A stretch of 64,000 nt of DNA, from the NCBI GenBank assembly GCA_963725865.1, contig CAVSAC010000012.1, positions 352,001-416,000 of the forward strand, given 5' to 3'. Positions within the stretch are counted from its first letter, which is position 1. Each line of letters begins with the position of its first letter. This stretch comes from Candidatus Eiseniibacteriota bacterium. GTDB lineage: Bacteria > Eisenbacteria > RBG-16-71-46. Below are positions 50,815-60,622 of the stretch, piece by piece. The notes beneath the pieces are model-generated. The model was given only the letters and a program-made list of their open reading frames with translations, searched no databases and was not told the origin of the DNA. Both the position numbers and the translations under genes were made by a program.

Positions 50815-51699
50815 ATGACTTCGAACCACGACCGACTCCGCCAGCTCGTGCTGGCCTTCGAGGAACTCACCGCCGCCGAGCGGAACGAGGCCCAGGCGCA
50901 TCTTGCGACCTGTGCCGAGTGCCGGCGGTTGCTCGAGCGCTTCCAACTGCACGAGCGCGCACCGGGCCCGCGCGGCGAACTGTCCGCTCAGGCGATGGCG
51001 GCGAGCCCTCGCCCGGGCACTCACGAGAGTGCCGCGGCCGAGGCAAGCCTTGCGGCGCTGCGCCTGCGCGTGGCGGCAGCCAATCGGCCGGCCGCAAAGG
51101 ACGCCGAGGCGAATCCGCGTGGGATCGCGCTTCCGGCGCGGCCACGGCTGCGTTGGGCGCGCTGGCTGGTGCCGGCGGCCGCTGCGGCCGCGGTCCTCGT
51201 CGTGCTGGCGTTGCCGCGGCGCGCCGCGCGTGATCCACTTCGCGACGCGGCGTTGGTCCACGCGGGCAGCCTGCGCGGAGAGGCCCTTGGCGGCGTGGCA
51301 CCGGACTCGCTTTGGCGCGTGGGCGACGCGTTCGAGGTGAAGCTCGAGCTGGACGCTCCCGGCTGGCCCATGCTGGTGCACGTGGGCGCCGACGGCGTCC
51401 CGCAGCTGCTCTATCCCGACACTGGCCCGGCCGCGGCCCCGCGTCTGGGGCCCGGCCTGCAGGTGCTGCGTCCGATGGATCCGGGGGTCGAATGGGAGTT
51501 CGAAGGAGAACCCGCGGCCGAGGACTTCCTGGTCGCAGTGGCGGTGAGACGATCCCCGGACCGCGCGGTGGTCGCGCGCGAACTGCAGCGCGCGGGCGAG
51601 GAGCACGCGGATTCCGCCGCACGCCTGGAGGCGGTTCGCCGGGTGCTGGCAAAGCACGCGGGACCGGCGCGCGCGTTCCGGATCCACCCGCGGCGCTGA
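50815..51699 (+). CDS. Zinc-finger (zf-HC2) anti-sigma factor with one TM and a DUF4384-like extracytoplasmic domain
   Basis: HLATCAEC (HxxxCxxC); TM LVPAAAAAAVLVVLAL; LRG..WRVGDAF..LVHVGADG..LLYP. Confidence 0.75.
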   Translation: MTSNHDRLRQLVLAFEELTAAERNEAQAHLATCAECRRLLERFQLHERAPGPRGELSAQAMAASPRPGTHESAAAEASLAALRLRVAAANRPAAKDAEANPRGIALPARPRLRWARWLVPAAAAAAVLVVLALPRRAARDPLRDAALVHAGSLRGEALGGVAPDSLWRVGDAFEVKLELDAPGWPMLVHVGADGVPQLLYPDTGPAAAPRLGPGLQVLRPMDPGVEWEFEGEPAAEDFLVAVAVRRSPDRAVVARELQRAGEEHADSAARLEAVRRVLAKHAGPARAFRIHPRR

Positions 51700-51711
51700 G
51701 GGCGCTCCGGC

Positions 51712-54700
51712 TCAGGGCGCGACGCGCGAGCCGACGAGCACGAACGACGCCCACGTCGAAGCCCCGGCCGGCGCGCCCTGCCGCGGCCGCGTGCCCACGC
51801 CCCGGGCGCCGGCGGGGGCGGTCGAGCTCGCGCCGCGTCGCATCATCGCGAGCTTGCTTTCGCGCAGCGCGGCCGAGGGGCGGGCGCCGGCGGCGAGGCG
51901 CCGATAGAAGTCCACCATCAGGTCGGCCGCACTCGCATCCTCGATCCGCCACAGGCTGGCCACCACGTTGCGCGCGCCGGCGATCTGAAACGCGCGCACG
52001 AGCCCGAGCAGGCCTTCTCCGCGGCGCAGCCCGCCGCCTCCGGACTCGCACGCCGACAGGGTCGCCAGCTCGAGGCGCATCGGCGTCTCGACCACCTCGA
52101 ACGCCTGCACCAGCCCATCGGTGGGTGAGCCGGGGATAGCCACGTCGGGCGCGAGCACGAGTCCCGAATAGGCGGGGTGGTGGTCGTCCAGAAACCCGTG
52201 CGCGGCGACGTGGAGGATCGACGCCTGTCGGGCCTCGCGGAAGAACGCGGACTCCGACGCGCGTTCGGCGAGATAGACGCGGGCCGACGGAAACGCCTCG
52301 TGAATGGCCTCGACCTCGCGGCGCGCGTGCACGAGCCGTCCCGCGCGCGGGTAGCCGCGCGTGCTGTCCGGCGTGGCGAGGGAATCCTCCTCGCCGCGCG
52401 ATCCGCTCGCGGGGCCGGGCCGGGCCGGATCGCCGAACGCCACGAGCGACGACTCGTCCGCGCGCGGCGCGCGCGGTGGTGAACTCGTCAGCAACAGGCT
52501 GGCCGAAGCCGCGTGCACCACCTCGGTCGCCTCGATCAATGCGCGCGACCCGCCTCCGGGCGCGGCCACGCCGAGCGCCTCGAATGGCAATCCCAGCAGC
52601 GGGCCGTCGGGCACCAGATACAGCACGCCATCGGGCACGAGCGCCGGCCCGCCGGCCAGCAGCGTGTCCCCCAGGCCGCCAACGGCCTCGGCGCGCGCGC
52701 CTCCGGCTCGCAGTCGGCGGTTGACCGCCTCGACCCGCGTCGCCCAGAACGACTCGCCGATCGGCAGCACGCGCGCCTCGATGTGGTCGCGCCCGAAGCG
52801 CACGATCACCGTGTGCCGCGAGCCCGTCATGTAGGCGATCACCTCCTCGTTCGCACGCAGGGTCGCGCGCAGTGCGGCCGCCGAGGGCCGTTCCACGAGG
52901 CCTGCCAACGTGCCGTAGCCGGGCACCTCGAGTTCGACCCTGCGCACCAGCTCCTGGCGCTGGAGCTTGAGGGAGTCGGCGCGTCGCGCGAGCGAGCCGA
53001 TCCAGTGGTCACGCTCGCGGGCCGTGGCCTGCATCGCGATCAGGAGTGAGGCCTGCACGCCGCTCAGTTCCCGCTCGTTGCGTTCGAGCGCGTCCGCGAG
53101 CGGCCCGGCGACGCGTCCGCGCAGCCCGGGTGCCGCGCTCGCGACGATGCGCCGTAGTTCGCGCATGCGGGACTGCTCGAGCTGCTCCAGGGTGGCGGTC
53201 GCATCCCCGGCGCGCGCGTGTGCCACGGCCAGTGCGACCGCGGCGTCGTACCAGCTCGATCGGTAGCCCGAGCGCTCGTCGCTGGAGCCCAGCGAGGAGG
53301 CGATCCGTTCGCGGGATTGCACAACGCGCCGCAACCAGTACAGCGCCTCCCGCGAACGTCCGCGATCGAGGAGCGCCTCGCCGAGCCCGTGCGCCGCGGT
53401 CAGCGCCGCCACCGAATCCCCCGCCGAGACGTAGATCCGGTGCGCGCGCCTGAAATCGGCCGCCGCTCGCCACGGGTCGCCCGCGACGCAGCCGCAGCTC
53501 GCCGCGCGCGACGAGGTCCCTTGCCCGGCCGCTCGAGTCGGGGGAGAGCGCCACGCGAGCCAGCTCGCGGTCGAGCACCGCCAGCGCCTCGCCGGGTCGC
53601 CCGAGTGCATCCAGTGCGAACGCCTCCAGCCGGGCGGCCGCGCCCAGCTGTCGCGGCTCCCACGACCGTGCCGCGAGGCCGAACCCGCGCGCCTCTGCCA
53701 GCGCGGGCGTGGGCCGTCCGGCGGCGAGCAGCAGTTCGCAGTGCAGCGAGCGCAGCGCCAATTCGGCCCGGCGGTGCCCGGTGGCCTGGGCGGCGGCGAG
53801 CCCCAGCGCGGCGAAGCCCGTGGACTCCTCGACGTCGCCCAGGTCCCGCGCGATCTCGGCGCGGCGCAGGAGCAGGAACGGCAGGCGCGCGGGCAGCGCC
53901 AGCCTGCGGGCCAGCGCGATGGCGCTGTCGAGCTCCGCACGCGCGGCGTCGTAGCGACCCGCCATGGCCTCCAGCGAAGCGCGACTGTCGAGCAGCTGGA
54001 CCTGTTCGTCTGGCTCCCCGAGCCCGCGCGCGACCAGCGCAGCCGCGCGATCCAGCTGCTCGCGTGCCTCCGCCACGCGGCCGAGGTTCATGAACAGCTG
54101 GGCGAGGTCGCCGTACCGCCCGATCAGCGTGTGCGCGGGGGCCGTCGCGCGGGCATCGGCCAGCGCCTGCTGGTAGCTCTCGAGCGCGCCGTCGAAGTCC
54201 CCGAGCGCGCGTTGCACGTTTCCCAGCCCGCCCAGCGCCCGCGCGCGCAGCGTGCGGCTGCCGATCGCGTCCGCTGCGGCCAGCGCCGCCCGGTACTCGC
54301 GCCCGGCGTCGTCGAGCTCGCCCGCGAACTTGAGCACGTTGCCGAGGCCGCGGTGGGCGACCGAGAGCTGGTACGACGGTCCCAGCGGCTCCAGCAGCCG
54401 CACGGCCTCCTCGCGCCGCGGCCGGGCGCCGGCCGGGGCCTCGTCGTAGTCCTCGGACGCCAGCGCCAGCAGCACGTCGGCGATGGCAGCGGGATCACCC
54501 GAGCGGCGCGCCAGCGATTCGGCGCGAGCCAGCACGTCCTGCCGGCCGGCCGAGGCGCGCGCCGGGGTCGCGTACATGGCCCGGAACAGCGCCGCGCGCG
54601 ACGCGTCCGCCTCGCGCCCGGCCGCGAGGTAGAGCGTCTCGGCCGCGGCGAATGCGGCCGCCGCGGAGCCTCGCCGGTTGCGGCGCACGTCGAGCGCGGC

Positions 54701-55036
54701 CCGCGACAGGCTCTCGGCGGCCCGTGGCGCGGCGGCGGGATCGGTGAGCGAAGCGATCGCCGCCACGGAGTCGCGCACCTGCGGCGCGCAGTGGCCGCGC
54801 AACCATGCGCCGAGGAAGTCGTCGGCGTCCCGGGCCAGCCGCCCGTCGGCGATCGCCGCCAGCGAGTCGGGCCGGCGCGCCGCGGCCGCGCGCGCCGAGA
54901 CGTAGGCGTCCCAGAACGGGCCGGCGCCGGCAGCGGCGGGCGGCGGCGCCGCGGCCAGGCCGACCGCCAGCGAGACCGCGATCGCGAACGATCGCGGCCG
55001 GCCACCGCCTGGCAGGTCACGCACGCATCTCGGCAT
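51712..55036 (-). CDS. TPR + CHAT (caspase-like) protease (frameshift near 53481)
   Basis: Signal-like N-terminus, TPR repeats (ALGGLGNV..GDFDGALESYQQAL); CHAT motifs LVPDGPLLGLPFEAL, LHVAAHG, TLSACESG, VASLWRI, WASFVLVG; extra base in a G-run. Confidence 0.85.
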
Positions 55037-55103
55037 GGCACCAACGCTCCGGGGTCCGACGGCGCGGGCACCGCCGGAGTGTGCACCCGGCGGGCGGGGA
55101 TCG

Positions 55104-55132
55104 CCGCAACTTTCTCCCGGGCCATGGCCGTC
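55104..55132 (+). promoter_or_regulatory. ECF-like promoter motif upstream of the FG-GAP gene
   Basis: CCGCAACTT-N14-GCCGTC, about 60 nt upstream of ATG 55193. Confidence 0.5.
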
Positions 55133-55192
55133 TTCGCGTCGTTCCACGAAATCCAGACCGCGGGATGTCGCACATGCACACAGGAGGAAGCC

Positions 55193-58100
55193 ATGTCGAG
55201 ACTCCGGAACGCACTGCTCACGGGCGCCAGCTCGATCGCCCTTGCGGCCCTACTGGCCGTCACCGGTCATCTCGGGTTCACGCCCCGTCCGGCCGCGCGG
55301 AATTCCACCCCCGCGGTCCCTGCGTCGTGGTGGGAACAGGTCCAGCAGCGGATCGCCAGCGAGGAGTACTTCGCCACCGCCCAGCCGGGCGGGCTGCAGG
55401 CGCCGAATCGGGCGCAGGGGCTGCGGACGCACTTCGGGAACGAGGCGCTGGAGGTGGTGCCGCGGACCGGGGAAGCGCACTGGCGGCTGGAATGGCGGAC
55501 CACCGCGTGGGGTCGCGGCGAGGCGCTGCGTACGCCGGCCGCCGCGGTTCCGCAGGCGCGTGAGGCGCGCGTGGAATACGCGCGCGGCCCGCTGGTCGAG
55601 TGGTACGAGAACCGCCCCGAAGGGCTGGAGCAAGGCTTCACGATCGCAGCGCGCCCCTCGGGGGAGGGCGAGCTGCGCGTGCGCGGGCGCCTCGAGAGCG
55701 ACGGGCTCGCGCCGAAGCTGGCGGCCGGGGGCGGCGTGATTTCGCTGCGCGACCTCACCGGCGCCGAGGTGCTGCGCTATTCGGCGCTCGTGGCGCGAGA
55801 CGCCGGCGGTCGCGAGCTGCCGTCGCGGCTCGAGCAGCGCAGAAGCGACATCGATCTGGTGGTGGACGACACCGGCGCGCACTACCCGGTGACGATCGAC
55901 CCGCTGCTCGCGACGCCATCGTGGACGCACGAGGGCGACGCCGCCTCCGCCCAGTACGGCTACTCCGTGGCCACCGCGGGGGACGTGAACCACGATGGCT
56001 TCAGCGACCTCATCGTCGGTGCGCCGGTCTACGACAACGGTGGCGTGAAGGCGTGGGGACGCGTGTTCGTCTACATCGGCGGCGCCAACGGTCCGCCCCT
56101 CGTCGCGAACTGGGAGGCCTCGGTGAACGACACCGGCGACGTCGCCAAGTTCGGCCAGTGCGTCGCCAGCGCGGGCGACCTGAACGGCGACGGCTACGAC
56201 GACATCGTCGTCGGGGCGCCCGAGTTCTCGTCGAAGTTCTCCGACACGAGCGAGGGATTCGCGTTCGTGTGGTACGGCGGACCATCCGGCGGGGCCGGCG
56301 GTTCCTCGGGACTGGGCGCGTTCGGCACCATGGCCAACGCCGACTGGTACGCGCAGGCGAACCAGACCGACGCCAACCTCGGCTACTCGGTCGCGCACGC
56401 GGGCGATCTCAACGGCGACGGCTACGCCGACCTGGTCGTGGGCGCGCCCAGCTACACGAACGGGCAGCAGAACGAAGGCAGGGTGTTCGTGTGGATGGGC
56501 AGCGCCACGGGCCTGGGCGCGTTCGGAACGCCCGAGAACGCCGACTGGATCGCCGAGAGCGACGCTGCGCAGGCGCACCTCGGCTGGTCGGTGGCCGGGG
56601 CCGGCGACGTGAACGCCGACGGCTACGACGACCTGCTGGTCGGCGCGCCGGTCGCCAACGCGGCGCTGATGTGGCTCGGCGACGCCGCCGGGTTGGGCGC
56701 CATCGGCACGCCGTTCAACGCCGACTGGTCGGCCAACGGGACGCAGGCGGGCGCGCAGCTCGGCTACAGCGTGGCCACGGCCGGCGACGTGAACGGCGAC
56801 GGCTACGGCGACGTGATCGTGGGCGCACCGCGCTACGACAACCCCGCGGTCGACGAAGGCGAGGTGTTCGTCTGGCTGGGTGGCCCCGACGATCTGGGCG
56901 CCAACGGCAACCCCGTGAACGCGGACTGGAGCTACGACGCCGATATGGACTCGGTCCAGGTCGGCTTCTCCGTGGCCACGGCCGGCGATCTGAACGGGGA
57001 CGGCTTCGCGGACATCGTCGTCGGCGGCCCCGGCTACAGCGGTGGGCAGGTGCGCGAAGGGCTGGCGCTGGCGTTCCAGGGATCGGCCACGGGCCCCGGC
57101 GCGCTGCCGGTCTGGCTCTACGCGAGCAACGAGACGCTGGCGCAGTTGGGCTCGTCCGTGGCCACGGCGGGTGACGTGAACGGCGACGGCTTCAGCGACA
57201 TCGTGGTGGGCGCGTTCGCGCACACCGGCGACCTCGCGAACGAGGGTCAGGCGCTGCTGTTCTACGGCTACGCGCTCGGCCCCCAGACGGTGGCGTCGTG
57301 GCTCGGCGAGAAGAACATCGCCGGCGCTGGCCTCGGCACGCGCGTGGCGCCCGCCGGCGACATCAACGCCGACGGCTACAGCGACGTGCTCGTCAGCGCG
57401 CCCAACTATGACGGCGGCAACGTGGACGAAGGCCGCGTCTACCTGTTCATCGGACAGTCGCTCGGGCTGTCGATCAACCACGCCTGGAGCGCCGAGGGCA
57501 ACCAGACGGGAGCGTTCTTCGGTTCGTGCGTCGCCTCGGCCGGCGACGTGAACAACGACGGCTTCGATGACGTGCTCATCGGCGCCAGCGGTTACGACAG
57601 CGGCGCCCTGATCGACAACGGCGCCGTGTTCCTGTGGCGCGGCAGCGCTGCCGGCCTCGGCGTCAGCGGCACGCCCGCGAACGCCGCGTGGCGATACGAC
57701 GGCACGCAGGCGAGCGAATACGTAGGCCAGTCGGCCGCGGGAGCGGGCGACGTGAACGGCGACGGCTTCTCGGACGTGATCGTCGGCGGCTACGGCTGGA
57801 GCAACGGCCAGGCCGGCGAGGGCCACGTGCTCGCCTTCCACGGTGGCACGCTCGGGCTCGGGGCGGCGCCCGCGTGGACGGTCGAGCGCAACCAGGCCGG
57901 CATGCGTCTGGGCTACGCCGTCGCGGGCGCGGGCGACGTGAACGCCGACGGGTTCAGCGACGTGATCGTGAGCGCGCCGCTGTACTCGTCGACCGCGCAC
58001 ACCAACGACGGCCGTGCCTACGTCTTCCAGGGCAGCGCGACCGGCCTTCCGGCGGGTGCGGTCTGGACGGGAACCGGCGGCCAGGACTTCGGGTACTTCG

Positions 58101-59329
58101 GCCACTCGGTCGCCACCGCCGGCGACGTGAACGGCGACGGCTACAGCGACGTGATCGTGGGCGCCTACGGATACGACGGAGACCAGGCCGATGAAGGCCG
58201 CGTGTTCGTCTACCACGGATCGAGCACCGGGCCCGGCGTTGCCGCGGCGTGGACAGCGGAAAGCAACCAGAGCAACTCGCGCTTCGGCATCGCCGTCTCC
58301 ACCGGCGGGGACGTCAACGGCGACGGCTACAGCGACGTGCTGGTGGGCGCCGACGCCTACGTCGTGGCCGGCGTTTCGACCGGGCGCGCGTTCCTGTGGC
58401 TCGGTTCCGGCACCGGGCTGGGAGCGAACGGCTCGCCCTTGAACGACGACTGGACCGACGACGGCTCGCAGATCGGCGCGCAGGACGGCGACTTCGGCGC
58501 GTCGGTCGCGTGCGCCGGCGACGTGGACGGCGACGGCTTCAGCGACATCCTCGTCGGCGCTCCGTTGGCTGACGACGGCGAGGCCGACGAGGGCGTCGCG
58601 TACATGTTCTACGGCAATTCCAGCCACGGAATGGATCGGGCCATCATGCAGCGACGTCACGACGACGCGGGGCGTGTCGGCCTGCTCGGCTTCTCGAGCT
58701 CGGAGACCGCGTTCCGCATCCGCGCGCTGGCCCGCAGTGCCGGCGGGCGCGGCCGCACGCGGCTGGAGTACGAGTTCCGCACGCTCGGCGGGCCGTTCAC
58801 GCCGGGCAACGGCAGCCACAGCGCCAACTGGACCGACACTGGAGTTCCCGGCGCGCAGGGCAGCGTGGTTCCGCTCAACGACTACGTCAGCTTCGCGCCC
58901 AACGGCGGCGTCCTGCGCTGGCGCGCGCGTGTGGCCACCGACTCGCCGCTGTTCCCGCACGGACCGTGGCTGTCGATCCCCGGCAACGGGCGCACCGAAG
59001 GGGACATCCGCCTGCTGCACGGCGTGCTGGCGGTCGAGCCCTCGGCCCCAGCCGCGCTGGCGTTTGCCCTCGCTGGAGCCAACCCGTTCCGGAATCGGAT
59101 GCCGCTTCGCTTCTCGCTCCCGAGCGGGTCGCGCGTGCGACTCGAGGTGCTCGACGTGAGCGGCCGCCGCGTGACGACGTTGATGGACCGGGACCTGCCT
59201 GCGGGCACGCACGAAGCCTCGTGGGACGCTCGCGACGACGCTGGAGGAGTCGCAGCCCCCGGGGTCTACTTCGCGCGGCTTCGGGCGGGATCGCTCACTC
59301 GAGTGCTCAAGGTGGTGCGAGCCTTCTGA
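55193..59329 (+). CDS. Large secreted integrin-alpha-like FG-GAP repeat protein with FlgD-Ig/T9SS-like C-terminal domain
   Basis: AGGAGG RBS; signal peptide; N-terminal EWYENRPEGLEQGF..YPVTIDP domain; 14 GD(V/L/I)(N/D)xDG(F/Y)xD repeats; ANPF..DVSGRRV..WD..GVYFARL. Confidence 0.9.
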   Translation: MSRLRNALLTGASSIALAALLAVTGHLGFTPRPAARNSTPAVPASWWEQVQQRIASEEYFATAQPGGLQAPNRAQGLRTHFGNEALEVVPRTGEAHWRLEWRTTAWGRGEALRTPAAAVPQAREARVEYARGPLVEWYENRPEGLEQGFTIAARPSGEGELRVRGRLESDGLAPKLAAGGGVISLRDLTGAEVLRYSALVARDAGGRELPSRLEQRRSDIDLVVDDTGAHYPVTIDPLLATPSWTHEGDAASAQYGYSVATAGDVNHDGFSDLIVGAPVYDNGGVKAWGRVFVYIGGANGPPLVANWEASVNDTGDVAKFGQCVASAGDLNGDGYDDIVVGAPEFSSKFSDTSEGFAFVWYGGPSGGAGGSSGLGAFGTMANADWYAQANQTDANLGYSVAHAGDLNGDGYADLVVGAPSYTNGQQNEGRVFVWMGSATGLGAFGTPENADWIAESDAAQAHLGWSVAGAGDVNADGYDDLLVGAPVANAALMWLGDAAGLGAIGTPFNADWSANGTQAGAQLGYSVATAGDVNGDGYGDVIVGAPRYDNPAVDEGEVFVWLGGPDDLGANGNPVNADWSYDADMDSVQVGFSVATAGDLNGDGFADIVVGGPGYSGGQVREGLALAFQGSATGPGALPVWLYASNETLAQLGSSVATAGDVNGDGFSDIVVGAFAHTGDLANEGQALLFYGYALGPQTVASWLGEKNIAGAGLGTRVAPAGDINADGYSDVLVSAPNYDGGNVDEGRVYLFIGQSLGLSINHAWSAEGNQTGAFFGSCVASAGDVNNDGFDDVLIGASGYDSGALIDNGAVFLWRGSAAGLGVSGTPANAAWRYDGTQASEYVGQSAAGAGDVNGDGFSDVIVGGYGWSNGQAGEGHVLAFHGGTLGLGAAPAWTVERNQAGMRLGYAVAGAGDVNADGFSDVIVSAPLYSSTAHTNDGRAYVFQGSATGLPAGAVWTGTGGQDFGYFGHSVATAGDVNGDGYSDVIVGAYGYDGDQADEGRVFVYHGSSTGPGVAAAWTAESNQSNSRFGIAVSTGGDVNGDGYSDVLVGADAYVVAGVSTGRAFLWLGSGTGLGANGSPLNDDWTDDGSQIGAQDGDFGASVACAGDVDGDGFSDILVGAPLADDGEADEGVAYMFYGNSSHGMDRAIMQRRHDDAGRVGLLGFSSSETAFRIRALARSAGGRGRTRLEYEFRTLGGPFTPGNGSHSANWTDTGVPGAQGSVVPLNDYVSFAPNGGVLRWRARVATDSPLFPHGPWLSIPGNGRTEGDIRLLHGVLAVEPSAPAALAFALAGANPFRNRMPLRFSLPSGSRVRLEVLDVSGRRVTTLMDRDLPAGTHEASWDARDDAGGVAAPGVYFARLRAGSLTRVLKVVRAF

Positions 59330-59517
59330 GGCGTCGCGCGGCTGGGAGAGGATCCAGAACGCGCGGGGCGGCTGGCCTGGGTGTGGAGTCGCAGCACGTC
59401 ATTGACAGTCGGCTCCGAGCCGGCGGATGGGTGGACGCTCGCACAGACTACCGTGCGGGCGTTCGCGGTTGCAGTGGCGCAGCCACGGCCGCAGGACCGG
59501 CGGTGGGCCGCCTTCGC

Positions 59518-60492
59518 TCAGTGGTACAGGCTCTTGATCCGCCCCCAGCTCGTGGCCTGCGTCGGCGTCGTGTCGCGGCTGAACTTCTGGATGCGGTGGT
59601 TGCCGGTGTCGGCCACGTAGATGTTGCCGGCCGCATCGGTCGCCACGCCGCGCGGCGCGTTGAACTGCCCATCGCCGCTGCCGAGCGAGCCCCACTGGGT
59701 CTGGTAGACGCCCGTGCTCGTGAAGCTCTCGATCCGGGGGCTGCCGTTGTCGACCACGTACACGTTGCCGTCGGCATCGGTCGCCACCGCCATGTCGCTG
59801 CTGAACTGCCCGTCGCCGTTGCCCGGCGATCCCCACTGCGTCAGGTACGTGCCGCTGCCAGTGAACTTCTGGACGCGATAGTTGCCGAAGTCCGCGACGT
59901 ACACGTTGCCGTCGGCGTCGGTCGCGACACCGGCGGGGTAGAGGAACTCGCCGTCGCCGCTGCCGGGCGCGCCCCACTCGGTCACCAGGGCGCCGGTGTC
60001 GGTGAACCTCTGCACCCGGAACGGGTGGATCAGCGTGGGCTCGGCGTACGTGACGAACACGTCGCCGGTCGCGTCGGTCGCAATGCCGCTGCCGGGGGCG
60101 GTCGCGAACCACTGGGTCACGAAGCCGCCGGTGCCGGTGAACTTCTGGATGCGACCGTTGTCGAACACGTACACGTTGCCGCTGGGGTCGGTCGCGATGG
60201 CGACCGGGTTGTCGAACTGTCCCTCGCCGCTGCCGGGCGTGCCCCACTGGGTGAGGTAGGCGCCCGTCGCGGTGAACTTCTGGATGCGAGCATTGCCCAG
60301 GTCCGCGACGTAGACGTCACCCGCGGGATCGGTGGCCACACCGCGCGGCGAGCTGAACTGGCCGTCGCCGCCGCCGAACGAGCCCCATTGCGTGACGTAG
60401 GTGGGAGCCTGGGCGCCGGCCCGCGCGGGCAGCGTGCACGCCAGGCCGAGTATCGCGAGCGGGATCGCGGTGCGCTGGAGCCACGGGGTCAT
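59518..60492 (-). CDS. Secreted NHL-repeat beta-propeller protein with SWGRIKSLY tail
   Basis: GGAGG RBS; signal peptide; about 6 repeats of WGxxGxGDGQFxxPxGVATD..GNVYVAD..RIQKFT. Confidence 0.9.
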   Translation of the reverse strand: MTPWLQRTAIPLAILGLACTLPARAGAQAPTYVTQWGSFGGGDGQFSSPRGVATDPAGDVYVADLGNARIQKFTATGAYLTQWGTPGSGEGQFDNPVAIATDPSGNVYVFDNGRIQKFTGTGGFVTQWFATAPGSGIATDATGDVFVTYAEPTLIHPFRVQRFTDTGALVTEWGAPGSGDGEFLYPAGVATDADGNVYVADFGNYRVQKFTGSGTYLTQWGSPGNGDGQFSSDMAVATDADGNVYVVDNGSPRIESFTSTGVYQTQWGSLGSGDGQFNAPRGVATDAAGNIYVADTGNHRIQKFSRDTTPTQATSWGRIKSLYH

Positions 60493-60622
60493 GGGAGCGC
60501 CTCCGGATGGGAAGGTCATCCCTGAAGTGAGCCGCGCGGCCAGCAGACTCAAGCGTAGGCGCCGTAGTCGCGGCTCACCAGCCCCAAGTGAGGGCTGGTG
60601 AGTGCCGCGACCGCGTCCCGCC

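Noticed and set aside
55960..58560. Regularly recurring GGCGACGTGAACGGCGACGGC-like DNA repeats resembling an array
   Set aside because: They are in-frame FG-GAP codons with synonymous variation, not CRISPR repeats; no cas genes are present
55250..59212. 1320-aa minus-strand ORF, and the 53741-55192 N-terminal extension of the FG-GAP ORF
   Set aside because: Shadows of real genes on the opposite strand; the FG-GAP gene has a clear RBS, ATG and signal peptide at 55193
59600..60400. Tandem DNA repeats of roughly 130-140 bp
   Set aside because: Explained by NHL protein repeats
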